DNA of 64,000 nucleotides from positions 88,350,001 to 88,414,000 of the forward strand of contig OX597822.1 in the NCBI GenBank assembly GCA_951406725.2. Direction: 5' to 3'. Shown piece after piece: positions 1 through 11,873 of this stretch. The stretch's first letter is position 1, and each line of letters begins with the position of its first letter. The translations under genes were made by a program, and so were the position numbers. This DNA comes from Octopus vulgaris (Eukaryota). A model generated the notes under the pieces. That model made no database searches. It saw nothing but the letters and a program-made list of their open reading frames with translations, and had not been told where the DNA came from.

Positions 1-16
1 TTTTAATGCCTTACGA

Positions 17-450
17 TTGTTCACTTTTCTCTCTGACAAAAGTCAAGACACATATAGCAGACTTTTTACCAAAATAAATGAATTATTGCAGAAAGAGGAA
101 ACTGATAATATAATTATGGATTTCGAAAAAGCAGCCCATCACAGATTTCTGGAATGGTTTCCTGGGTCGAATTTGGCATGTTGCTTGTTTCATTTAGGAC
201 AAAATGTGCACAAGCATATTGTGCAAAAAGGACTAAAATGCAGATATCACAAAGATGACAGTTTTAGACTAAAACTGCGATGTTTTGTTGCCCTGCCTTC
301 CTGCCGGTTGAGGACGTCGTAGGTGATGATGATATTTCACAGTCAGTTGTATCCTATTTTGAAAATAATTATATAGAAGCACCTAGAGGAGGAGGACAGA
401 GGAGGCGACGCCTTGAATCTCTATTTTCTTTACCTATATGGAATGTGTAG
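17..450 (+). mobile_element. Mutator/MULE DDE transposase fragment, frameshifted, truncated by window start
   Basis: ORF 17-322 has MULE motifs K..DTYSRLF, IIMDFEKAA, FP....CCLFHLGQN; continues out of frame as YFENNYI...PIWNV. Confidence 0.85.
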
Positions 451-464
451 CGGACGCTTAGTGA

Positions 465-467
<3 letters not shown>

Positions 468-534
<67 letters not shown>

Positions 535-549
535 CTTTCTCTCTCTCTT

Positions 550-592
<43 letters not shown>
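468..592. repeat. (CT)n/(CTAT)n microsatellite, representative of many simple repeats in the window
   Basis: Direct reading. Other arrays include (CA)n 1724-1782, (TATG)n 5281-5342, (AAT)n 10853-10966, (TA)n 29645-29695. Confidence 0.95.
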
Positions 593-594
<2 letters not shown>

Positions 595-607
595 TATATT
601 ACACAAA

Positions 608-1539
608 TACGGACGTAGTAGATAACAGCTAGCCTTCGACCGCTTGGACCCTGTAGTGTCTCTTACTCTGATTGGTTGGTATTGGTGCAGTTTGTCTCTT
701 GCTCTATTACGCGCCAATGTGCAACCCAACCAATCTCAGACTTCTGATGAGGTCCCGTGACACAGTCTCTTCCAAACATTCCGGTGAGCCTATAGTTCAC
801 TATAAAAAGCTAGTTTCAACACTGTATTTCGTCTTTCGGTTCTAGACCTTCTAAGGTCTAGCCACTGACCACAGAGCACACAGCCAGTTCCAGCGACAGA
901 CAACACCAGCAGCTCACATGGAGACTCAACTTCGTCCAGCAGCATTCAGGACCTCCATCTCTGTCGCCTCTGTCTTAACGTCGCCAACAACATCTCTTTA
1001 CGTACACTCAGGTTCTATCTCAACACTGTTCGTGAATTACTTCACCATGGTTAACAGCAAATACAACTTGCGAGATCTTCTGTATCAAGTGACCGGCAGC
1101 AGCATAGTAGCCACAACCTCTTACACGACAGGTGTCTCAACCGGCTCTGCTTCTTCTCCAGAACTTCTTGTTACAGTACTTCAACTATTGTGTACCTTAC
1201 TACGAACTGGTATTTATCTTCCTTGTGTCTGAACATTCTTCTAGCGTCCCGTTTTAGACTCTTTCCATGCTCTATTTTTATGCACACACATACACATTAT
1301 GTATACATAACGGCCTGTCTATTGTTATTATTATTATGCATATATGACGCGCACACACAGACACACACATGTTAACACCTAAATAAAATCTTCTTTTTAA
1401 CATTCTACCGGTTGTGTCGTTTTTCTTTTCCTGCTGGCATTCATACTCATTTATCCGTTTTGCTTTTATTGTAAGCGACCATGCGGTGTATTAAAGGAGT
1501 CATTCATCGTCACCTCTCCTATCGCACGGTCGTTCCACA
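608..1539 (+). mobile_element. LTR-like repeat, copy 1 (probable solo LTR)
   Basis: Colinear with 6869-8331 along its length; contains ATTGG boxes, TATAAAA (~801) and AATAAA (~1382); ends in CACA; no coding capacity. Confidence 0.6.
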
Positions 1540-1722
1540 AATGTTTGCAATCGATGTATTCGTTGCGTTTATGAATAATTTCTCTTATATATTGTCACGC
1601 TGCTTTCTTATTTCAATCGTTTGAACCATAGGAAATGTGAAATACAAAATGATGAGTCTACAAAATTCAGCTTTATATTTTGAGTACTATTCCCTGTTTG
1701 TAAATGCACAAAAGCTTACTAA

Positions 1723-1785
<63 letters not shown>

Positions 1786-1888
1786 CATTATTTTAAGAAC
1801 GTAAAATGATAATGATATACCGATACAGATAAATGCCTAAGTATAAAACATTAAATGGGTTTTCAGATGTATGAATGGGCTTTTCTGC

Positions 1889-1943
<55 letters not shown>

Positions 1944-3749
1944 TGTCTGTCTGTATGTATGTCTGTCTGTCTGTCTGTGTATGCTTGTATGCTTATATGT
2001 GAGAATATATCTTATTGTGTGTGCCCTCTTGCTTGTGCTAAATCAAGGTCAATAACCATGCTGTAGACGGATTCATTGTTGTCGTTAACGATTTAATAGG
2101 CTTTCTTGAATCATTCTTTCCTATCTTTCAGTTCTGCTGGAACTAAAGACCTGTTTGTGATATATCAATGAAGCCATTATTATCCTAACAGGTGTATCAT
2201 CTTGCCTGCTGTAGAGGTAAGCTTCTGCCGACTCCACTCCTCTCAAATCGGTTTCAATTTTCCATTGAAGATAATTTACTTCCTTTATACGGTTAATGCT
2301 TTGAGGAGGAAAAGTACGAACGTCACACAATCTCATTACTTTGTCCTGGAACTTTTAAAAGACGGGGTTGGCGACTTAGAAATGATAAAGCCCCAAACAG
2401 AAACCTTTGCAGTATTGTATTTCGTTTCCACATATGGAGTTCTCAGATCAAAACCTGCCGAAGTCACATTTACATTTATGATTCTGGAGTCACTACAATA
2501 AATATCAGTAATGTGTTGGATTCGATTAAATAAAATATACTCTTTCTTAATTTTCATCTTGGTCGGGTCAATAAAATAAAGAATCAGCGAAGTTCTGATG
2601 TTGATTAAAACGATACCAGAACTTCACTGGTACAAAGTGAGAGTAATCCGATGTCAGAAAATCTTGATATTCTGAGAAGCCACTACGACAGAAAACCAAC
2701 ACACTCCCGTTGAGCCTCGGATGGAATCATTTCGCTTTATATACTCCTTAGTACTTTACAGGAAGTGTGAGTATTACAAGTTTTACTCCACAATATAGTT
2801 ATTACTCTGAATTAACGGTCAGCTTGGTAGAGTAATATATATATGTCCGCAAAGTGTGGATTGTTTCTTAATTCTCACTTCTGTTCATTTCCCCATCACT
2901 CTTGTTGCTACCTACTACGCCCCAAACCCGTGAAAATCATACACATTGTGATTTTTCTCTTTTCTCTATCTCTCTCTCTTCTCTTCTTCTTCTTCTTCTT
3001 CTTCTTCTTCTTCTTCTGGATTCGTCAAGCAAATATAATCAAGCTAGAAGTTCTTCATCCTCATACCCCTCCTCTTCCCCTTCCCCTTCCTCTTCATCTT
3101 CCTCCTCCTTCTGCTCCTCCTCCTCATCATCATCATTACCAACACCATTAAAACCAAAATTACTCGAAATTACAATTAAAACTCTCTTTGTTCACTACCC
3201 ATCAAAACACAACTCAACGGGATCATGCAGAGGAACGCAGTAACTTCGGCCTAATTCCTATCTTAAACGTGGTAGTCTTTTTGATACTTCATCTTCGGTT
3301 CAAGTAGTATACCCCTTGGCTAGGAGATTAAGTGAAAAGTCAGTTAGATGCAGACATATTGTGGGTTTTGCCTGTTGTCCAAAACAGAATCTTTGATGTC
3401 CTGGTTGATATTGTTTTTAAGCAACCATAACAATCGGTGTGAAAAGGCGCTCGGGATATTCCATTATATACATGAAATTCATGACTGAAGGAGAAATCTG
3501 GACGTCTTTAATTGTATTTTATGTAATGTCATTCTACTGAAGCTGGAACTGAAACTTGATCAAAATTGTTGGAGAATAAAGTCCAAATTTTGAATTGAAA
3601 GCAAGTCAAAAATGTAAACATTATCAATATCACATACTTAATGAATGTATGTGTGTAGTTGAATGCTTATAGCTGCGTATTTCGTCTGGGAGAGATCCCT
3701 TTAGAGACGAACTGTGTTAAAAAAAACACTGTATACTTCCAAAATAAAA

Positions 3750-3950
3750 GAAACGAAACCGTACTGGAAATGAAAGAGAATGACAGATATCAATATTTCA
3801 CAGTTCTTTCTGCTACTATTTATATATACGTCTAGTTGACGGTTTCGGTTTCGTTTCGAAAGTGGGGTGAGTATCCACACCGATGGGCTGCAAAAGCTGC
3901 GAAATATTGATATCTGTCGTTCTCGTCCACTTCCGAAGCGGTTTCGTTTC
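3750..3950. repeat. Imperfect inverted repeat, ~60-bp arms (MITE-like)
   Basis: gaaacgaaaccg...gacagatatcaatatttcacag pairs with ctgcgaaatattgatatctgtc...cggtttcgtttc. Confidence 0.75.
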
Positions 3951-5344
3951 GCCTAGTTGTGTTCCTGTTTTGTTGTAAAGGCACTGTTTCCGATTAATTG
4001 TTTACCGCTGCCACCATGTTATGCATTATTTCGTTCTTGATGGGATGATAGACAACTCAATGAAGGCATTGTTATTGTTTTACGTGTTTATTTTGCTTAA
4101 CCTGTTACGAACTGTCAATATACACGTCAATGATTGGTTGGAATTACTGAAATACTTCAACTTTAACGTGAAGTAACTCCCTAAATATAAGCTTTTCTCA
4201 AAAACGCTAAGAGTAAAAGGTGTTTTATATGATGCATTCTGCCAGTGTCCGAAGTTTGAAAGTGTTGTGTTACAAAGAATTGAAAGTTAATTATGTCGCT
4301 GGGTTACGAACTGGCTATCATGTAAAGTAATAAAAGCTCGCAGGGCAGAAAGCATAGTTAGTAGTACGAAATGAAAAGTAAACAATGAAAAAATAAGGAA
4401 TAACAAACTTGAATAGGAGTGTTTATTTGTTCATTATAATATAAAATACAAGTTCGACGAGTTGCAGTTATACAATGATAATTTTCTGCTCTGTTAAATT
4501 CATTTGTGGGTAACTGCCAGAAGACTGGTGGAAGAAATCGAGTAAGAAATAATAAGAGACAAGTAGAGAGGGTAAAAACTGTGTCGTTCCTTGCATATGT
4601 TTCTTTCTCCTCCTCCTCCTCCTAGAAAGAAAGAAAGAAAGAAAGAAGAACCGAATTTGGTTACTGTATTTATATTCGTTGTAAAGTTGGATTAAGTTTA
4701 TTTCTCTAGAACTGTATTTAACCTAAGAATTTTAACTAAAACAATAAAAGTTAACTGTGACAGTTGACTGTCAAAAGTCGAGAACTGGCAGAAAAATGTA
4801 GATTCGGTTTTGAATTCCTGCCTTAGAATCTAGGAAGCTATTCGTAACATATGTGTACATACACAAACTTCTTTTAATTAAATCTGTTGTTAAATGTTCG
4901 CGAGTTTGTTTTTGTTTTAATATACGCAGCCAATCTGATCTTATATTCAATTAATAAAGTTACAACATCAGTTTCTCACGACAACTCGACTCCGCTAAAA
5001 TGGTGACTCGACGAAGAAAGACCAACATCACGACACAGTAAATCAGACTTCCCTTTAACAAATCCAAAGATGAATGTTAATGTATTTCTTATTCCCATGT
5101 TGTAATGCTCACAAAGAAGGAATTGTTTTCAATGATGACCTCAGTTTGGAGAATTGAAAGAGGCTTTCTACAAGTGGACTCAATCAAATCAAATACGCAA
5201 CAACTATGAATGATGTACAGCATGACAAAACAAAACTACTCAAATGCGTACGTGTGTACATATGCATGAGTGTCTGTGTGTATGTATGTATGTATGTATG
5301 TATGTATGTATGTATGTATGTATGTATGTATGTATGTATGTATA

Positions 5345-6790
5345 TCGGAGCCTATCTCAATACAAAATGGAGTGAAACAGGGGGATATTCTGGCACCGAC
5401 CCTATTTGCGATGGTTTTCTGTATTGCGTTCAGAAACTGCAGATATGGTGTTTACATCTATTATCGAACCTCTGGCAGCATATTTATTATCAGGCGCTTT
5501 GCTGCAAAAACAAAGGTATTTATCTCTATCATAAGAGACCTTTTGTATGCAGATGATTGCGATCTAGTACTGCACACAGAGATTGATATGCAACATATTT
5601 TGAATGCATTCTCTGATGCTTGCACTGCCTTAGGATTGACAGTCAGTCTCAAGAAAACTGTTGTCGTATACCAGCCTGCCCCTGGTAAGCAGTATAGTGA
5701 ACCAAATATCTATGTGTATGGTAAACGAATTGGTGTAGTTGATCAGTTTGTCTTCCTGGGAAGCCCTATTAATAGATATAGCAACTTGGATAATGAAATT
5801 CCATACTGAATTAGGAAAACAAGTGAAGCTTTCGGAAGGCTAGAAAGGCGCCTCTGGAGTCGATGAGACATATGCAGGACGACAAAGATAAAGGTATACA
5901 AGGCGTGTGTGCTCTCATCTCTTCTTTGTGCCTGCGAGACGTGGGTCACATATCGATACCACCTTAAACAACCGGAATGTTTCCATCAGATGTGTCTCAG
6001 ACGGATCTATGGCATTAAGAGGGAGGGCCGCGTCAGTGATCTTGAGATATTGGAAAGCTCTCGGTGTGAAAGTATAGAAGCTCTTGTGTTGAAGCAAAGG
6101 CTCAGATGGAGTGGTCATCTGGTCAGGAGGAAAGATTCAAGGATACCAAAACAACTCTTTTACGAAGAGTTAACTAAAGGAGAACGACCTCCACATAAAC
6201 CAAAAAAGAGGTATAAAGACTTGCTGAAGGCTTCCTTAAGAGATGCTAGCATCTTTCCTGGAACATAGGAGGGCATAGCTATTGAGCGTAGTAGGTGGAG
6301 AAGGAGTGTGTACGAGAGGACAGCTACTTTTGAGAAATCTCAAGTTGCGTATGATAAAGTAAGGAGGGATGTCAGGAAGGGCATCGCTGTTGCACTTCAA
6401 GATGGTAAGGGTATTCCTATGATGCTGACATGCAGTGTCTGTGCAAGACGCTGCCTCATTAAAGCTGGACTCAAGAGTCATTTTCGTAGTCATAAAGCGA
6501 GACACATGATTGACAACCAGGCCACTGGTGGTGGTGCTACACACCATACTAATCTTATCTGTAAGGCATGTAGAAAGGAGTGTAATTCGGCGGGAGGACT
6601 TAAACGACATGCAAAGGTACATGAAGCCCAGTTACAGCTACAGCCGGCTATTGCCGGTAAAGGTTTTAGCTACCAATTCTGTACAAGACATCGTAGATCT
6701 TTAGCTGAGCTAAAAAGTCACATTCGATCACAACACCGTTAACAATTAATCCTCGTGCAATGGCCATACTCGATAACGAGGGGCCAGCCA
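5345..6790 (+). mobile_element. 5'-truncated RTE-clade LINE: RT C-terminal half plus three C2H2 zinc fingers
   Basis: NGVKQGDILAPTLF, DLLYADDC, LRWSGHLVR, G.R....PKKRYKD in a single frame with stops at 5807, 5864 and 6266; ORF ends at 6742. Confidence 0.93.
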
Positions 6791-6868
6791 TCATGTATAC
6801 ACATATACTTGACTCGTAGCGTACACATGAGTGAAATCCCCCTCTCCCCTGTATTATATATACATGCA

Positions 6869-8331
6869 TTCGAACGTAGCAGATAACAGCTAGTCTTAGG
6901 CCGCTGTTCGGACCCCGTTGTGTCCACCTCTCTGATTGGTTGATATAGGCGCAATTTGTCCCAATTTGCCGCGTATAACCAATCGGAGCCTCTAAATAAA
7001 ATCACGTGAGACAACATGTTCTCAACCCAGTTTTGAACTTACAGCTCCTTATAAAAACTCAGCTTCTCGTCTCGAGGTCTTTTGGTTCCAGATCTTTGTA
7101 GGTCTAGCCACTGACCACACAAGACACAGCGAGTTCCAGCGACGATACCACAGTAGCCACGTTGCGACTTACCAACTTTGTCCAACAACGTTACGGCAAT
7201 CTCTTCGTCGCCATCCTTCTTCTTCTTAACTCGTCAACATCATCTCTCTACGTACAAAACTCAACAAGCAACAAGCAACTCGCTCAGGTTCCAACACATC
7301 ACTGTTCGTGAATTACTTAAACATGGATCAACAGCGAATATACAACCTGCAAGAACTCTTGTATCAAGTGACCCAGGCAGCAGCATCACAACCACAACTT
7401 CACGTATGACATGTACTGCACCTGGCTCAGCATCATGGCCGTAACTTCTTGATACAGTATTTCAGCTACCATGTACACTTGACTACGAACTGGTATTTCT
7501 CTTTCTTGCATCTATGAACTTCTAACTTCTCATTATAGACTCTTTCACTGTCTTCTTAATTGCTACTCTTATATGTACTTAATGCATACGCATACATCTA
7601 TGCTTACGCACATACATGTTTTGTTTTCATGACGGCCTGTCTATTATTCTGTACTAGCACTATGACCCGGCAACGCCTTGGACGGTTTTGAATGACAATA
7701 GAAAGTGCGAGCCCTCTAACTGAAAAATTGTGGATTTGTATAAAGGACACACACACAGACATTTTGCCGTTTATATGTAGAGAGACTAGCACTATGACCC
7801 AGCAACGCCGGGTCATTGTGCTAATGCAAGCATATACAGCTGCGTGCGTGCGCACATACACGCGAGTACTGTCCAAATCTCCGACCAGTCACATACAGCT
7901 AGCTGGCATTCAATTGGCGTATCAAGTTTCGGGATTTTGATTGGGTTTTGGATAGAAAATTCACAAAAAAGTCACTTCTATTGATTTTTTAATGGCTTTG
8001 CGGGGTGACTGGGGAAATGTAAAGATGTGCACGACCACCCTTGGACGGTTTTGAATGACCATAGAAAGTGCGAGTCCTTTAACTGAAAAATTGTGGATTT
8101 GTATAAAGGACACACACGCAGACATTTTGCTGTTTATATATAGAGAGATACATGACGCACACACAGACACATGTTAATACATCAATAAATCTTCTCTTAA
8201 CCTTTCTACTCGGTTGTGTCGCCCTTTTTCCTCTGACACGTATATGTACTATTCATTATACATTTTATTGTATCGACCGTGTGATGTACGAAAGAGCCAT
8301 ATTCGTCACCCCTCATCGCACGGTCCTCACA
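6869..8331 (+). mobile_element. LTR-like repeat, copy 2, interrupted by a Helitron dimer
   Basis: cgtagcagataacagctag...ggtctagccactgaccaca...tcgcacggtcctcaca matches 608-1539. Confidence 0.6.
7654..8148 (-). mobile_element. Non-autonomous Helitron, head-to-tail dimer (7786-8148 full, 7654-7785 internally deleted)
   Basis: On the minus strand: 5' TC, 3' CTAG, subterminal hairpin (gacccagcaacgccgggtc on +), inserted between A and T with no TSD; same family as 42508-42845. Confidence 0.85.
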
Positions 8332-8439
8332 GACCAATGTAAAAGTGGATATAACTTTTTTATTAACTGACATAGATTGTTCTTCGTTTTCCTCTATTGT
8401 TCTTCTTCCTTTTTGTGCTTCTTCGTTTACGTCTTCATT

Positions 8440-9550
8440 GAGGGCAAGTAATGGTTCCAAGCTGAAGCAACGTACTGTCATTGAGTTCTGACGAAAGAAG
8501 TGTGAAAGCTGCCTGGCATTCATAGAAGGCTACAAGTTATTTACGGAGATGATACCATTGTTAAGAGTAATGTGTAGGGATAGATAACGAAATTTAAAGA
8601 AGAGAAATCTCGGGTTGAAAAACCCGACACAGCGGAAAAACATCAACTGCCATCACTGACACAGATCGTTAGCTAGTGGACGAATAGGTTCGCACAATTA
8701 AACCAGTCACAATCCGCGAGCTCGCTGCAGAACTGGGCTGTGACAATACATTACAGAAGAGAGTGGAAGTCGTTGGGTATTGGAAAATGAGTAGAAAGTG
8801 GCTACCTTGGTAGTTGACACCCGATTTGAAGGAGAGGAGGGTGGAAGTTTGCGCTGATCTGTTGGAAGCGTTTGAACCTGGTGTCAAAGGAGGAAACCTA
8901 GATGTATCTTTATAATCACAAAACAAGGGCCCAGCCCGAGGAATGTTGTCACTCCCCTTTGACAAAATCTAAAAAGTTCAAGAGCCAATGATGGGCACAG
9001 AAAGCCATGATGCCTGTTTTTTTTTTAATGGAAGTGATTTACAAGAACGAGTATGTATTGTGAACAGCGAATGACATATTGAAATGGTCAAAAAAGCTTA
9101 CAGAAGCCGTTAGGAGGAAGAGACTGGGCAATAATCTAAAAACGATCCACATTTACCATGGCAATTCACGCTCATTTACATCTTTGGCAATGAATAAGGC
9201 AATCGGAAAATTGGGCTGGTCAGTAATCCTCCATCCAGCGAAAGGCCCCGATCTGCTGCCCTCTGACTTCAGTCTGATCGAGCCAATGAAGGACGGTCTT
9301 CAGAGATAATTTGATGACACAAACGGTGGACGAGGTGAAAGAGGCTGTAAAGAAGTAGGTGCACCAATGCACGTCTGAATTTTTCCAGAGCGGATTCAAA
9401 AGTTTGGTCCAACAACGGCACAAATGCCGGAGATTGATGGAGATTGTTGAATCGTACCTTTGCACAGAAAAAGAGTTATTCTACCGACATGTGAAACTCG
9501 AATATGCCAATTGATAAAAGAGAGATGAAAACTTTTTCAATACTTTCAGT
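8440..9550 (+). mobile_element. Degenerate mariner (Mos1/SETMAR-like) transposase copy
   Basis: KQRTVIEF N-terminus, WLP (WVP-like) motif, LGWSVILHPAKGPDLLPSDFSL equals the HPPYSPDLAPSDF motif; many stops and frameshifts. Confidence 0.85.
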
Positions 9551-9799
9551 ATAATCGTGTGTGTGTGTGTGTATACAGAGAGAAACAGACAGGCAGACAG
9601 ACAGACACACACACACCACACACATACTGACAAATAGAGGTGTATCAAATATTATACAACCTAAATTCTTGGTTTACTAAAACTATCTCCACCTCTAGAG
9701 ACTAGCTCCAAATTAGAAGGAGAAATAATCTCATGAATAAAGAATTTTTCCAAAACTGACATGCCATTAAGGATTAACTTACTGCCTGAAGATAAGAGA

Positions 9800-10170
9800 A
9801 CAAATGCGTAAGCGTGTTTCTGCATTAGTGGATGTCATCAGCACAACAGTTCTCTTGTAGCCAAGTGCAAAAAGAGTAAGACACATTTATGACTTATGCA
9901 ATTTGCATAATTCAAGCAAAAATGAGCTAAGAGGAATTACTCAGTATGAACATCTTAGACATACAGGTATACTAAATACCATACAGTATAAATTCTTAAT
10001 TCATTAAAATCATTTCCGCCTCTAGAAGATGTCATAATTACCAAATAGCAATTAAGAATAGCTTCGGATGATAAAGGAGACATTGCATGGTATTTGATAT
10101 ACCTTGGTTTATTTGTGTTGCTCAAATACATGCCACTGGCCACTCTGAGTTCGTTTTTGTTTAATTTATG
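9800..10170 (-). mobile_element. Possible decayed Penelope-like 3' end with degenerate hammerhead motif (9805-9845)
   Basis: Minus strand TGTG-CTGATGA-...-GAAAC-ACGC-TTA-CGCA lies downstream of sequence loosely resembling a GIY-YIG C-terminus. Confidence 0.35.
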
Positions 10171-10521
10171 CAACTTGAGTCATTAATGTATTCTACATGT
10201 GTGTATGGGGGGGGGGTCCATTGGTTACTGGAGATATGTAGGACAATTCTGGTGTCCATGACTGTTCTTTTATCTCCAGACAATAAGCCTGTCGTTTCCT
10301 TAATGGTTTGTTAACTATGGAGAATTGTTGATTTTTTTAGATTATCTCCCCTTCTCATAGAAATGATTTCAGTTGCCATTTCATACTATTGAAACTTTAT
10401 CTATGAGCAGAGATAGTTTAAATAAATTAGGAATTTTTGTTTTATCGTATTTGATAGGACTGCATTTGTCTATGCTATTCAACTACATGCACACTGGCCA
10501 CTGAATTATTTTTCTTAGCTC

Positions 10522-10790
10522 GTGTGTATGTGTGTGTTTGAAGGTGTGTAGCTTAGTGGTTAGAGTGTTAGCCTCGCAACTGAAAGGTCCTGTGTTCGAT
10601 TCGTAGACCGAAAAGCGTGGTGATTCCTTGAACAAGGTACAGCTATTGCAGCCCATTTTCCCTCGCACAGTCATACCGTCGATACCATGCCCGGTTAAAG
10701 ATGGAATGGCCAAAAGAGTGTCTGTGTTTGCTTCTGGCTACATAGGTACCTAAAACGACTAACAAGAGAGTGGCTCAAGCAACCAGGTCA
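10522..10790 (+). mobile_element. tRNA-derived SINE (CORE-like family)
   Basis: A box tagcttagtggttagag, B-box-like gttcgattc, then ccttgaacaag core; related copies near 13050, 20395 and 43705. Confidence 0.65.
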
Positions 10791-10851
10791 TAGTCGCAAA
10801 CGAGTATCATCTTGTAGCTTGATTGTGGCAGATGAGACAGTGTGCTAATAT

Positions 10852-10852
<1 letters not shown>

Positions 10853-10913
<61 letters not shown>

Positions 10914-10914
10914 G

Positions 10915-10969
<55 letters not shown>

Positions 10970-11490
10970 AATTATTGTATACAGTGCTCAGATGCACCAC
11001 AACTTGTCAGAAAGTGCGTATAAAGTATATGCAGTAATGTACAAATGTCTGGAAAGCGAACAATGTATGAGTCAGATACATGCTTGCGTGTGTAAGGAGG
11101 GGAGAAAAATCAGGTGTAGTGTTGGCGAATCTCAGAAAGCATGGAAGTTTTGAAGGATGCAGTGCTCCGACAACCAACAACTGATGCCGGCAGTCTGTTT
11201 CATGCTTCAGCAACTCTCAACGTGAAAAAATGTTTCCTAAATCATGGGAGCTGTGCTGTTTTCTGACTTTGTAAATATGTCCACGGGTGTTAGACGGGTG
11301 GAGTTTGAAAAGGTGCACAGAGTTATTGTTTGTAAGATGGTTGATAATTTTATGGGTGTCTGCCAAGTCAGCTGCCAGACGTCGGAGTTTCAATGTGTCC
11401 ATGCCCAGGGAAGTAAGGCGTTCAGAATATGGCAAATGCCTGATGGAGGGTATTCTTTTGGTTGCACGTCGCTGAACGGCTTCCAGACGA
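10853..11490 (-). mobile_element. CR1/L2-group LINE 3' fragment with (ATT)n tail
   Basis: PYSERLTSLG..TLKLRRLAADL..THKII...NTRGH.YK; near-identical to 31720-32370. Confidence 0.88.
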
Positions 11491-11870
11491 TTACATCTCT
11501 TTACATTTTGCGTTTCAATCCTGCCGCTATCGACTTTGCCTTTCGCTTTTCAAGTCAATAAAATAAATACAAGCCAAGTAAATAAAGAATGCTTATATTA
11601 TCATATGGTGTATGTGTTCTAGTACACTTGACAACCTGGAAAATGAGATTTGGGGGTTAAGTCACATACAGCATTATCTTTTGTTGTCTATTTTGTTCAT
11701 TTTTTTTTATTTAACAAAGATTTAAAATCCAGTAATTTTTGTTTTAATTTTACTTCGCAATTTCATAGCTGCAAAATACTATGTAATTTATTACGAAATT
11801 ATAGCTGTTAATATGTTTGTGAAGTCAAGAAATAGATACGAAACAGCGTATTGGTTGTATATAAAATAAT

Positions 11871-11873
11871 ATG
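11871..11873 (+). CDS. YJU2B: YJU2B/CCDC130 putative coding exon 1 (start ATG only)
   Basis: aataat ATG|gtaggt donor. Exon 2 starts in phase 0 at AERK, so only Met is missing. Site lies near the CpG-rich to CpG-poor transition. Confidence 0.55.

Noticed and set aside
744-775. CTGATGA hammerhead-like start
   Set aside because: No downstream GAAA or compatible stems
918-1232. 104-aa Ser/Thr-rich ORF
   Set aside because: Inside the LTR-like repeat; frame not conserved in the second copy
413-3243. Numerous ORFs with SL, CV, YVCM, HT, poly-N, poly-I or poly-L runs here and across the window
   Set aside because: Translations of microsatellites
6308-6742. Stand-alone C2H2 zinc-finger gene
   Set aside because: In frame with the upstream RTE RT and followed by the element's 3' end
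10522-10600. tRNA-like sequence
   Set aside because: A/B boxes are present but there is no proper acceptor stem, and it continues into a SINE core; SINE head, not a tRNA gene
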